The notes beneath the pieces were generated by a model. That model was not told the origin of the DNA and ran no database searches. It worked only from the letters and a program-made list of their open reading frames with translations. From contig CBEUCJ010000005.1 of assembly GCA_965541615.1 (NCBI GenBank), forward strand, positions 110,251 to 174,250: a stretch of 64,000 bases of DNA. The letters are read 5' to 3'. The stretch comes from an uncultured bacterium (GTDB lineage: Bacteria > Omnitrophota > Gorgyraeia > Duberdicusellales > CBEUCJ01). Shown here one piece after another: positions 20,300 through 32,700 of this stretch. The translations under genes and the position numbers were made by a program. The number at the start of each line of letters is the position of its first letter. Within the stretch, counting starts at the first letter, position 1.

Positions 20300-21544
20300 T
20301 TAAAAATCAGCTACTATTTCTAAAGTTAAACCATCTCCTTTTAAATCAGGTCCTTTTAATTCATCCTGCCATCTGTATCCTAAACGAACCATAAAATGCT
20401 CCCAAGGAGAAAAGTTTAAACCTACTTCAAATGCTTGTCTTTTTCCATAGTGTTCATATTGACTTACGCTATCTGGACAATCTATGTTAGGGTCAAACCA
20501 TTGGTATCTAAATACAGGTTGTAAAAAGTTAATGCCAAATTGTTTTTCAATAATTTTATAACCTCCTACAATATAAAAAGCTCTTTGTTTAACTGTTCCT
20601 CCTGGCCAGATACCACTGAGACCAAGATCTGCATCAGCAGGTGCCTCAAATTTTAACTGAGCAAAACCAATCATTCCATCAAACTTTCCTCTACTAAAAA
20701 AGATTTCAGAAGTTAAATAATTAAAATCTCTATTGTCTTCTGCATCATATTTTCCTTGCATTCCTTCTACTCTTAATAAAAGTCCTTTAAAAGGTGAAAA
20801 ACCTATTCTCCAAGTAACAGGTTTATTATCATTATTATCATAAGACTGACGATTATGAGCATTAAACATTTCATATACATAACCATTTGAATTCATCGTA
20901 GCATAGCCTTTTGTTGTATAATCTCCTGGACCATTCGATACCATTAATCCATATTCTAAAAAAGCTTCTTTTTCTCCAATAGGTATTCTTCCTGTAACGC
21001 AAATTCCTGTATCCCACCAACCAGTAAATCTTAAAAACTTTTCATATACATATGGTTGCCAGGTCATAAAACGATATTTTGAAGTAGGATAATATACTAA
21101 TTCTTGTGAACCTAAAAGTACAAATTGCCTTCCCATAGATAAAATAAATTTGGATGATGGATGCCAAACTACACGACCTGCTCCTACTTTAAACTTACCT
21201 TTTAATCCTTTATACATCTCAAACTCACCTTCAATAAAAACCTGAGGATTCAATTCACTGATTATATCTACATAGAAACTATGTGGTAGAAAAGTGTTTT
21301 GTCCTGGAGCATAAGAAGAAGAACCTGTATTAGCATAATTTCCCTGGACATGGTCTTGTGCATTCCAGTATTGAGAACTTAAGAATCCATGGATTTCAGG
21401 TAATGAAGCTTCAAACCCATAAGGTAAACCTTTCTGAGCAAAAAGAATATCTCTTCCTTTGAGTTCTTCTTTACTTTCTTGACAAAATCCAACTAAAGAA
21501 AAGATTAAAATTCCAACTAAAAATACTCCTACTCTTTTACTCAT
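20300..21544 (-). CDS. Putative outer-membrane beta-barrel (porin-like) protein
   Basis: Signal peptide, alternating aromatic beta-strands, a DNNDNK loop motif and a C-terminal Phe (LEIVADF). Confidence 0.75.
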   Translation of the reverse strand: MSKRVGVFLVGILIFSLVGFCQESKEELKGRDILFAQKGLPYGFEASLPEIHGFLSSQYWNAQDHVQGNYANTGSSSYAPGQNTFLPHSFYVDIISELNPQVFIEGEFEMYKGLKGKFKVGAGRVVWHPSSKFILSMGRQFVLLGSQELVYYPTSKYRFMTWQPYVYEKFLRFTGWWDTGICVTGRIPIGEKEAFLEYGLMVSNGPGDYTTKGYATMNSNGYVYEMFNAHNRQSYDNNDNKPVTWRIGFSPFKGLLLRVEGMQGKYDAEDNRDFNYLTSEIFFSRGKFDGMIGFAQLKFEAPADADLGLSGIWPGGTVKQRAFYIVGGYKIIEKQFGINFLQPVFRYQWFDPNIDCPDSVSQYEHYGKRQAFEVGLNFSPWEHFMVRLGYRWQDELKGPDLKGDGLTLEIVADF

Positions 21545-21954
21545 TACTCACCCCCTTCTTTTAAATCCTCTACATATTTAATAGCCTTTGCTTTTAAAAC
21601 GACTTTACCAAATAATCTATTAATTTTTCTTTTTGGAAGACTCCACACTAACTCACTTTCTGCATAATGACCTATTTTGGCTTCTTCTAATTTTTTGCCT
21701 CCTTTTTCAAATTCTAAATCCATTAAAGCATCTGCTCCTATTTGAGAAGCTTTTCTCTTTAAAAGTTTTAAAAAATCTTCTTTACTCATCCATTCATTAC
21801 CTTCTACTTGAATTACACCTAACACTTTATAGGGTTTATTAGGAGGAGAAGTTAGTATTTTAACTTCAGGACTTTCTTGTAGATGAGGAAAATAAGTTAC
21901 TTTAGGCACACAGCCTATCATTAAAAATATTATACAAATTTTTAAAACTTTCAT
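21544..21954 (-). CDS. Putative lipoprotein (YbjQ/heavy-metal-binding-like fold)
   Basis: Lipobox-like MIGC, plus PYKVLGVI...LKRKASQIGADAL. Confidence 0.7.
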   Translation of the reverse strand: MKVLKICIIFLMIGCVPKVTYFPHLQESPEVKILTSPPNKPYKVLGVIQVEGNEWMSKEDFLKLLKRKASQIGADALMDLEFEKGGKKLEEAKIGHYAESELVWSLPKRKINRLFGKVVLKAKAIKYVEDLKEGGE

Positions 21955-21971
21955 AAATAAATTTTTTAAAA

Positions 21972-22000
21972 ATTATCCCAAAATATTTTTCAATAGTCAA
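21972..22000 (-). promoter_or_regulatory. sigma70-like promoter for the lipoprotein-porin-hypothetical-MCP genes
   Basis: TTGACT-17bp-GATAAT with a TG extension. Confidence 0.65.
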
Positions 22001-22042
22001 GTATTTTAAATCAGATTTTTATGAAAAACTTTTTAAAAGAAT

Positions 22043-23014
22043 TTAAAATTCTATCAATCTTCTTCCTTTATAAAAGACCTTCTTATTATACTTAAATTTG
22101 CTGATTAATTTTTTCTCAAGAAGAAATTGCAAAATCCTTTTTAACTTTTTTGAATCAATGTCAAACAATATTTCCAATTCTTTAAAAGTTAAAGGTCTTC
22201 TATTAAGGAGATTCAAAATTTTATTTTCAGTATCTTTTTTTATTCCTAATTGGAAGGGTACTTTTTTTTGGAAGATAAGTTCTGCTCTTTCTAATCCTAA
22301 ATTTTTTAAAAATTGAGAGATATTTTTTTTAAGAGGAGGTTTTACCCATCTTTCAGCAGGTACTCTTACAGGTAAATTTATCTGTATCTTATCAGGATTT
22401 ATTTTAGAGATGATCTTTTTGAATTTCTGTGCATGAGAACTACTATCATTTAAATCTCTTATTAGCATAATTTCGAGCCAAATTTCTCCTTTAAACTCTT
22501 TCCTCAATTCAATTAAACCTTCAATGATTTTTTCAAATTTTAGTTTTTCATGAGGTCTGTTTATTTTTATAAAAGTTTCTTTATCTGGAGCATCTAAAGA
22601 TGGAATTATTAAATCAAAGTCTTTAACTTCTTTTCTTACTTTTTTAAGATAAAATAGACTCCCATTAGTTAAAAGACAGCAAGGCTTATTTGAATATTTT
22701 TTTATTATCTTTAAAATTTTAGAGATTTGAGAATTAAGCAGAGGTTCTCCACTTCCAGAAAAGGTTATAAAGTCTATTTTTTTCTCTGAATTTAATTTTC
22801 TTTTAAGTTCTATTTTAAATCTTTCTAAATCTATGTATTTATTTCTTTTAAGGATTTTCTTTAAAGTCTTACCTAACTGACAGTAAACACAATCAAAGGT
22901 GCAAGTCTTAAATGGAACTACATCTACTCCTAAAGAAAAACCTAATCTTCTTGAAAATACAGGTCCATACAGGTATTTAAAATCTTTAAATTTATTTTCC
23001 ATTTTTTTTCTCAA
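22043..23014 (-). CDS. Radical SAM protein (TYW1-related family) with probable C-terminal wHTH
   Basis: YGPVFSRRLGFSLGVD, CTFDCVYC, FSGSGEP, LLTNGSL and PSLDA motifs. The true start may be the ATG at 23002. Confidence 0.88.
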   Translation of the reverse strand: MRKKMENKFKDFKYLYGPVFSRRLGFSLGVDVVPFKTCTFDCVYCQLGKTLKKILKRNKYIDLERFKIELKRKLNSEKKIDFITFSGSGEPLLNSQISKILKIIKKYSNKPCCLLTNGSLFYLKKVRKEVKDFDLIIPSLDAPDKETFIKINRPHEKLKFEKIIEGLIELRKEFKGEIWLEIMLIRDLNDSSSHAQKFKKIISKINPDKIQINLPVRVPAERWVKPPLKKNISQFLKNLGLERAELIFQKKVPFQLGIKKDTENKILNLLNRRPLTFKELEILFDIDSKKLKRILQFLLEKKLISKFKYNKKVFYKGRRLIEF

Positions 23015-23654
23015 GCTGAGCCAAATATAAAGCTAATATCTCTGCTAATTCTTTATTTAATTTTTTTAAAATCTCAATTTCTTTTAAAGCTAATTTCTTT
23101 TCTTTATTCAAAGAGTAAACTACACCTAAACTAAAATGGACAAAAGCATCAAATGGATCTATCTGAAGAGCTTTTTTAAAATAATAGATAGATAATTTAT
23201 AATTTTTTTTATATTTGAAATAAACCATCCCCAAACTTATGTAAGCTGATTTACAATTTGCATCTATGCTTATGGCTCTATTAAAATACTCAATTCCCTT
23301 ATCATACTCACCTAACCCTACATAAGCTCTACCTAAAGCAAGATAAGCTTCAATCTTATAAGGCATACTTTCTATCACTTTCTGAAATATTTTTATTGCT
23401 TCTTTAAATCTTTTATCTTTTAAAGCTTTCAAACCTTTCTCTATCAACTCACCTACACAAGGCTGTGTGGATTCTATCTTTTCAATCTCATCTTTCCAAA
23501 AAGTTAGAGGTACCCCTTCAAACATTACCTTTATGTATTTATCTGTTTTCTCAAAAATCTTTCCTTCAATTATCTTTCCAGATTTTAAATAGATTCTTTC
23601 TCCAAAAGAAGAAATTATAAAGAGACTAAAAAAGAAAAAAAATATCTTTTTCAT
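22992..23654 (-). CDS. Exported TPR protein
   Basis: Signal peptide, IYLKSGKIIEGKI N-terminal beta module, then TPR repeats (AYLALGRAY, AYISLGMVY, VHFSLGVVY). Confidence 0.85.
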   Translation of the reverse strand: MKKIFFFFFSLFIISSFGERIYLKSGKIIEGKIFEKTDKYIKVMFEGVPLTFWKDEIEKIESTQPCVGELIEKGLKALKDKRFKEAIKIFQKVIESMPYKIEAYLALGRAYVGLGEYDKGIEYFNRAISIDANCKSAYISLGMVYFKYKKNYKLSIYYFKKALQIDPFDAFVHFSLGVVYSLNKEKKLALKEIEILKKLNKELAEILALYLAQLEKKNGK

Positions 23655-23727
23655 CTTATTTATTGCTCTCTACTCTATTTTTCTTTATACTTCTATTTTT
23701 AAGTTTGTAAAGAAAAATTATTGATTT

Positions 23728-26700
23728 TTAGCTGAGGCAAGCTTTAAATTTTAAACAGAAAAGTTCACCTAACTTTTCTACTTCATAACCTTTTTCTCTT
23801 AATGCTTTTAAAAAGAGTTCAAGGTTATATTTATATCTTTCACATAGTTCTTCTAAAATTTTAATTATCTCTTTATACCTTTTTTCTATCTTTATAACCG
23901 TTGGGAAAAATTCTAAATCTATTTTGCCTTCTTCCCATCTGTAAATCGTGCATAAATTTGAAGGTAAATATATTTCTTTAAGTTGCAAAACTCCTCTGTA
24001 AATTTCATAAATACCAAAGATTAAGTCTTCTTCGGTAGGTAATGTATTTCCTTCTATTAGTATTCCTTTCTCTTTGAATACAAAAGTTAAGCTTTTCAGC
24101 TTCTTATAAATCTCAAATGGTGGAAAATGCAAAGATACATTGAATATCCTTCCAAAATCAAACTTTATATCTTTTTTATACCTTAACTCCTCAAAACTAC
24201 ATTCAATAAATTCTAAATTTTCAACTCCATAAAATCTTTTTGCAATCTCATAAGGATTAATAAGAATTTTTATTTCTTTGTTTAGTAAGATCTTCTCAGG
24301 CTCTGTCTTATCTATTATTTTAAAAAGACTTATATCTTTTAAACGCAACTTTCTATTAATCTCATTTATTAAATTAATTACTTGTTGGTAATCTAGTTCA
24401 TAAGGTGGCTTTAGTAAATTTCCTTTAAAAATTTGTTGCTCCCTTAATTCTTCTAATAAAAAAATCTCTTTCTTCTGATTAAAAACAAGCCAAAATACTC
24501 TCCAATTCTTTTCATATCTTATAGCTATCTGAGGTATAATTAAATCTATGCCATAAACTTGGAGTTGTGGGAATCTTTTTGCTAACTCTAAAGTGGTAGC
24601 AGGTACCAATAAATCATTTTCTTCATCTACACAACAACCTACCCCAATATCTACAAATGTGCCTTTAATATCTTTCCCATAATGAGCTTCAAACCAATCA
24701 TCGGCTGCTTTCAGTCTTTGAGGATAAGTAGTTAAAGGAACTGAACAGTTTTGAGGATTCAATTTGCAATTGAAAAGAATTATAGCTCCATTAAGCATGT
24801 ATAAAAGTCTTGCATAAAATAATAACTGTTCATCAAGACTTGAAAAAGTAAATTTTTGTGATTTGGGATCATATTCTACTATATGACCCCATTTATCACT
24901 TTTTATCTTAAACTCCTCAACAAATCTTGCTTGAGAAACATATTTATCAATAGAACTCATAATATATTGAATATCAACATTGCTGAAACCTTCGTTTTTT
25001 AAAAGCTTTATTACCTCTTCTGAATTTATTTTTTCAGCTGAAAAACCAGGCAGATTGGTGGCATACACACCTTTACTCGTTTTAAACATCTCTACCTTAA
25101 TTTTTAATCCTTCTTTTTTACTAAAATAATTTATAACTGAGCTTAAAAATAACAATGTTCCACCATATACAAAGATATCTATGATTCTAACTTTATTGTA
25201 ACCAGTAATTTTCTCTTTAATCTCTAACCATACTTTAAAAGCTATCTCTTTAAAACTTTTGTCCTCTTTCATTCTCAATTCAAATTCATTATTGAGCTCT
25301 TTGAAGAATCTTTCTACATTTACTTTATAGCTACCTAATCTATGTTTTTCTATACGACTCTTTAAATAACTTTTGAAAATCATATCTTCCATTTTTTTAT
25401 AAACTGATTCTTCAAACTGCTTTTTTAGAGAATTAGAAATTTCTTTTTCTTCTTCATTAGTTAAACCTATAAATTCTAAAGGGACTCCCATTTTTATTCT
25501 ACTTAAATAAAAATAAGTCTCATTTTCTGAACCTACATTTATCCCTAATAATCTAAGTATCTTTTTAGAGAGCAAATAAAACATACCATCACGCATAATA
25601 TAAATCTCTAAAGCTCTGTCTTGAGGTAACTGCCAAACTACATATGGTAATAATCCATTACATAAAACAAATACTAAACACATACTTTTGGTTTGAAAAA
25701 ACCTTTTTTGCACTATATTTTTTAATCTTTCTTTCTCAAAGTATAATTTTTTGAATTCTGGACTTTTTTTATCTAAATCTTCAGAAAGTTTCTTAAATCT
25801 TTTTTCTATTAAAGATACTATTTGATAAGTTGTAAGAGGTATCTTATTTTCAATAGCTTTTTTAACTTCAGGTTCTTTTAAAAATTCTTCAAATACTTCT
25901 AAGTATTTTTCATAAGCCCAATCTTCATCTTTTTTTAGTGGACTAGAAGAAAAAACATTATTCTTTATTAGAATAGAATTTATCCTCTTCACAATTTGTT
26001 CTACACGTTGCTTACTAATTCCAAATCTTTCTCCAATCTTTTGTAAAGTAAATTCTCTATATCTCTTTTTGAATTCTCTAAACTCTTCATAAGGAATCTT
26101 ATATTTACAGAAGGCAGTTTCAAAATCGAGTTTAGAAATTGGATGCTGGAGAAAGAATTTTCTTTTTAACCATAGTTTATAGATTTCTTTATGTCTCTCA
26201 TTTATCTTCAGACCATTTTCTTTTAACTTCTCTTCAAAAATCCTTACTGCTTCTTTGAAATCTTCTTCTATTTCTCTCTCTATTTCTTTTAAGTTAACAT
26301 TTATTCTTTCTCTATCTCTTTTTTCTCTTTCTTTAAGCAAGTTAAATAATACTCTATTTGGATTTAACTGTAATTGAAGGTCTTCTATACTTAATTCTAT
26401 CTTTTCTTTTCTTTCTTTCTCTTTTAAGTACTCTCTTATTGCTCTTTCTATAATCAGAGTAGCATATGGAGAAAACTTTATGCCTCTTTTGGGATCAAAA
26501 CTTTCTATTGCTAAAATCAAACCATGCCGGAATTTTCCAGTCCCTTTATAAGGACATCCAAAGGTCCCTATATTAATTAATTCTGGTAGTTCTTCTGGAG
26601 GTCTTTTAAATCTTTTCTTAATTACCCATTTAACTAAGGGAATATTTAAAATTATTAAAGCAATTAAAGCAGCTTTATTACCTTTGTGTAATTCCTCAAT

Positions 26701-29700
26701 AAGCTTATTTAATTCTTCTTCTTTAAGCTTTCTGTTTCCTACTACTCTTATCTGACTTCTTTGAAAATCTATTAAGTCAGGAATAATTTCTTTTATTCTT
26801 TTCCAATCACAAAAGGTATAAATTATTTCTTTTCTTTTTTTTCTTTCTAATGGTTTTATACCTGCAGCTTTTAAAGCATTATGCCAAGAACCAAAAAAGA
26901 AATAAGCATAATGAGGAACATCTCTATATCCAGCTTTCTGCCATGATACACTATTTCTTGGATCTTTAACTTCTGGAGGTGGATTTTTTAACCATTCAAT
27001 AATTTTTTCTTTTGTCCATTTTTTAACAGGAGAAGATGTTTTTTTCTCTCTAAAAATAGATACTATATCTTTACAAGAAACCTCGATCTTTCTTTCTATC
27101 TCTTGCCACAGATTTTGGGAAAGCAAATCTTTTCCTTTTTCTTTAATCGAATCAAAATTTTTCTTTATATAATTAAATCTTAATAAAAACTTTTTAATAA
27201 ACCAATCTCTGGCTTTATCTTCTAAAGAAGGATTAAATTCTCTTAAAACATTTATAAATTTTTCTAACATAAATTTTTGTTCATTAAAATCTGGTTCTTT
27301 AATAGTAAAACTACTTACAAAATCTATGTTAAATATTTTGAGAGGATTAAATTCTATTCTTAAATTTGAAGGAGATCTATCAGCTATTCCTATTAGATAA
27401 GCACCTAAAGAAGCTTCTGCTAAAGAAAAAGAAAGCTCTTTGATAAATAGTTCATCTTTAAAATAAAAAGTATAGTATTTGTAAAATTCTTCAAGATCCA
27501 TTTTGCCTACATATTCAAGGATAAAATAATCATCTTCCTCTTCAAAAGAAGGCACATAAAAACCTAAAATTTTTAAAGCTTGCATGCCTTGCTTTGCCCG
27601 GCAGTAAGGCATTTCTTTTATCACAACTCTTTTTTTACCGTGTAAAGTTTTTAATTCTATTCCTACTGTCAAACTCTCATTTTCTTTCTTTAATATACCT
27701 TTGAAAAATAAAATCTTTACATGAGAAGTGGAGTATTTTTTCAATAAAATTTCTTTAATATCTTTTAAAAGATCTTTAAAATTAAGACTTGAAGAAGCTG
27801 AGATTTTATTTAATATCTCTTCTAATGTGTAAAAAGGACAGAAGCTAAATTCTTCAATATTGTATCCATTCATTTTCAATATCTTGTATTCTCCTTCTAT
27901 CTGTTGAGCGTAAGAAGTAATTATTATTTTTTGAGAAGGCAAAATAAAAATGCCTGCTGTGTCTATTTTTGTATTTGGAGGTTCATCTATTTTTATATTT
28001 TCTTTTTTTATTCCTTGCAAGATTAAATAATCTTGAAGTCTCCTAACAAACTCTCTTTTTTCTCTTACTTTACCTACCATTAATACCTTTGTATCCTCAC
28101 TAAAAATTTCTTCATCAAAAAATATGTAATCTCTCCATTCTTCTTTTAAATTTTCTATCTGAGCTTGAGGTTTAATATGAGAAAAAAAGATCTTTTTATT
28201 TTTGAGAAAAACTATACAGATGCACTCAGTAAAGATATCTTTGAAAGGAACTTCTATCTTAAGAAAACTTGATTCATGGAAACAGATAAAATCTGAATTA
28301 GAAAATTCATAAAAATTTATTTTTCTTAATTTTTGAAGAATACTCACTAAAACTTTTTCTTTTGATTTCAATATTTTTGAATAGAGATTTTCTAAAGAAT
28401 TTATGTTAGGTATCTCTTCTTCAAAGAAATAATCATCTAATCTAATTAAAATCCCTCTCTTTTTTTCAGGAAGTCTTAAAAAGATATCTTCTTTTTCAAT
28501 CTTACCTGTAAATACAATTTTTTCTTTCTTTATCTCATAGACTGGACCAAAAGCTTCTAAAGTTAGATGAAATCTATTAGAAATTCTCTTTATCTTTTCT
28601 TCTAAATCTTTAAGTTGTGAGAAAATCTCAACACCATACTTTGCTGTAAGAGTTATTGCTATATCGATATCTGAATGAGATTTCCATTCTCCTTTTGCAA
28701 AGCTTCCAGTAATATAGTAATTTTTAATAATTCTTTCTTTTTGATAAGAATTTAAAAGATTGAGTAACTCTACAAATTTAAAAGAGATTCTTTTTAATGG
28801 AGAAGAACTAAAATGAGATGAATTTTTTACATAAAAAGATTTTACCACAAATACAGGATAACATATCTCTTTATATAAAATCTGTTCATAATATTCTTTA
28901 TACAAAATATCTCCAAAATTCCTTACAAAATTATCCAAATCTTTATCTTCATCAGAATCTTTTTTAGTGCTAAATCCTGTGATTATAAAATACTCAGTCT
29001 GGAAAAATCTTTTCATTGCAAATTCTACAGTCTCTTTGAATTGAGTTTTAGAAATGTTTATTAAAATAATATGAGGTCTTATACTTAAAGAGAGTTTTTT
29101 AAAATCTTCATTTATAAATTCTATATTTTTTACATTATTCTTAAATGCTACTTTTTTAGAAAGTTCTACAAGCTCTTTATTTATCTCTACACCATAAACT
29201 TTTTTAGCTCCTAACTTTGAAGCTATAATACATAAATCTCCTCTACCAGAACCTATATCCAAAATGATCTTTCCTTTAAAAATATTCTTAAATTTAAGCA
29301 TAACTTTGATGATAGCTATAGTAGAAGGATGTAGATACCAAGCACCTGATTGTAAGTAAGGTAAAAATATTAATCTTTTGGCAGGTTGAGCTGTGGGGGT
29401 AAAGAGTAGCCAGTCAATTACTACTAATTTTTTAGTCTCTCCTTCAAAAAGCTCTTTGTTTTCTATAAAATGAAAGATCTTATTTTTATCTGCAAAAAGC
29501 TCTCCTTTCTTTAAATCTAAAGAGATCTTTTCAAAATCTTCTTTAATTTCTAACTCTATAAACCTTATTCCTCTTTCATTTAAATTCTCTTTTACTATCT
29601 TCTTTTCAGGACCAGAACTTTTAGAGATCAGAATACATTTAACATTTCTCTCTTTTATTTTCTGAAAAGTAAAATCTAAGAATTTCTTTATCTTTTCTTT

Positions 29701-32700
29701 TATCTCTTCATTTAAATTTGAATCTCTCTCTGAAGTGAAATTAAGATGGAGTAAAGCTCCTTCTTTTTCTTCACTATAAAAAACTAAGATTATATCTCCA
29801 TCAGAAAATTTGCTTTCAGTCAAATCTTTAAAACCTCTACCCACACAGAGCATATTAGTTAAACCCGTAATAGAAGGAGAAATAGGTGTGTAAGAATCTA
29901 AACAATACTTTTTAATAGCTGAACTTGCAAAAATTACATCTTTCCAATATTTTTGCAGATAATTTTTATTTCTTAAATTTTCCAGAGTCTTTAAAATCTT
30001 TACAAAGAATTGGTAACTGCTCTTTGAAGTATTTACTTTTTGTTTAGTATTCCATCTTACTAACCAGAAAAGCTTATGGAGGAATGCAAGTGCAATTAAG
30101 TAAGGGAAAGATTCTAATTCTAAATTATTTAAAGGATGTAAAGAAAGATTTTGATAAGTATTTATTAAATTTATAAAGCTATCAAATTCTAATTTCTCAT
30201 CTATCTCATAAAGATCTGTTCTGGTCAAATCATAAGCTCTTATCTCTTCTCTTGCTGTATCAAAATCAAAGACTCCAACTACTTCTTTATTAGAGAATTT
30301 AAGATTAGACAGAGTGTAATCTCCATGGATAATAGATTTAGGTAACTTTAAATAAGTCTTTTGAAATTTCTCTTTTAGTTCTTCTATTACTTTTAATATT
30401 AAAGGATAACTTTTGATTATTAACTCTTTAAAAGGTGAATCTTTTTCTTCTTTTACTCTCTTATAATAATTTTGGAAACGAATTAACCTTTTGTCTCTTC
30501 CTCCTTTAAAATTCATCAAAGGATCACATTCTCTATACGCAGAAGCTCTTAATAAATTGCGAGGAGATAAGAGTGTATAATGGTGTAATTGAGATAGTTT
30601 CCTTAAAGCATCTTTAAATTGTGAGGAATTTAGTTCTTGCAGAGAAAGAGTTCTTCCTTCTATATAAGTATAAAGAAAATAAATATTGTTATTAAATTCT
30701 GTGAAAGGTAAATTATATTTGTTCAAAATTATTTTGGGTAAAGGAAAGTTGGGATCTTTCTTATTAAGAAAACTTATCAAATAGTATTCTAAAATAGCTC
30801 CTTTTTCATCCCAAGGAGATTTTTTAAGCACAAATTTTTTTGTTTCTGTAATGATTAATACTATTCCTGATATATTTGAATCGACGGGCTGAATCTCTTT
30901 TATCTTATCCAATTTATAATAATCTGAAACTCGCTCTGCTTCCTGTAAACTATCAAAATGACAGATTCTGTGTCTGTGAATCTTTTCTTCTCTACTGATA
31001 GATGAACTTGCTCTTTTTGCTAACTGTTTTTGGGTAGAAATCTTTGAAGTTAAATCTATTGAAAGAGGTCTTCCATCTTTATCTAAAATTGGAAATCCAT
31101 CTTTTGTTTGTTTAAATATTATTTTTATAGGTTTACCTTTTCTAACTATAACATCTACAACTGCATTAGAATAACGAGGAGATTGAAATATAACTTTTCC
31201 TCCCAAATATAACTGTCCCCAAGAATTTAAAGTAAAATTACAAATTTTATGGTTAGTTAACTTCTTTAACTCTTGTGGAGTAACTTTTTTGTAAAAATAT
31301 CTTTCTGTTTCTTTTGAATCTAAGTTGTAAATGAGACTGGTATATTCCCATTTATTCTCAACAGGCCAATAAACCTTTGTTATTATTGCTTTCTCTAAAC
31401 TCTCTCCTTTCATTAATAAATGTGCGTAAGTGCTTTTTGTCTTAGTATTTGTAATCCATTTTCTACCAGCAAAATATATGCTTTTATTTTTCAATAGAGG
31501 AACAAACTCTAACCTTAAAAGATCTTGAACAGATCTTAACAATCTCTCTAAATCTGAACAGAATATAGTAGTTAAAAATGAATCTAAAAGTTTGCCTCTG
31601 GCCTCATCATAAGCTAAAATGAGTTGAATGTACCTTTTTGCTGATATTAAATAAAGAGCAGTTGTAATACCTTTATAAACGAATCGAATGTATTCTGTTC
31701 CAGGTTCAGCATCTTTTAATTTTGCAGTTTTTTTACCATTACCTATCTTTACTCTCTTGTCACTGCTAACTCTTTCTATTAAAGCGATCTTATCTTCTGA
31801 TTTTTTTGGGTATGGATTAGCTAAAACATATCCGTATTTTCTAGCAATCTCTTTGACTTTAGATGAATCTAAAGAAGAACTTGAATTTCTTCTTTTAGAT
31901 TCTTTTCTTGCTTGGAAAACTACTCTTTCCATAATTTTTTCATTAAAATCATTATTAAAATCGATAGGACTGCTGGTCTTGTAAGAAGTAGATTTAATTC
32001 TTTCTAAAACTTCTATAGGAAAGCCTTGCGTGCGGATTTTTTTCCATATTTTATTTAACTCTTGGAATATCTCTTCTTCATTAATACTATTTATCTTTAA
32101 TGTCTTGTGTAATTTTCTTATTTGAACTTTCCATTTTTCAGGATTAAATCCTTTTAAGATTAAGAGTGTTCTTTTTACAGCTTTAACCTTTTCATCAGAA
32201 TTAGATGAGTTAATATGTGAGAGACATCTATTCAATAATCCATTGAGTTCAAAAGGATTAATAAAAGAGCCAGAGGAAAAATAGAATGAGATTAGAATCT
32301 TTTCTTTTAAAGGAAATATTAACCATCTTCTTTGGAGATAAAAATCATCTCCTTCTTTTATTACTTTAGCATTTGTATTATATTTTTTGAGATAAAAATT
32401 CAGTGTCTTAATAATTTCTTTTAACACCTTTTTATCAAAGTAACCTAAACCTACTCTTACATCTAAATCTCCAAGTAATTCGTAAGGAACTTTTCTGTCT
32501 CCTAAAGCAAGGATACTTCCAAAGAGTTCTAATTCTATGTTTAAACTGTTCTCTGTTTCTTTGAGAATATCTTTTAGCAGTCTTACATTTAAAAATTTAT
32601 CTTCAAATATAGAAGAACTGGAATTCTTTTTGAGAATCTCTTCTAACACTTTTCTCACAAGGATCTTTATATTTGTTTTTTCCTTTAACTCCTCTTGAGA

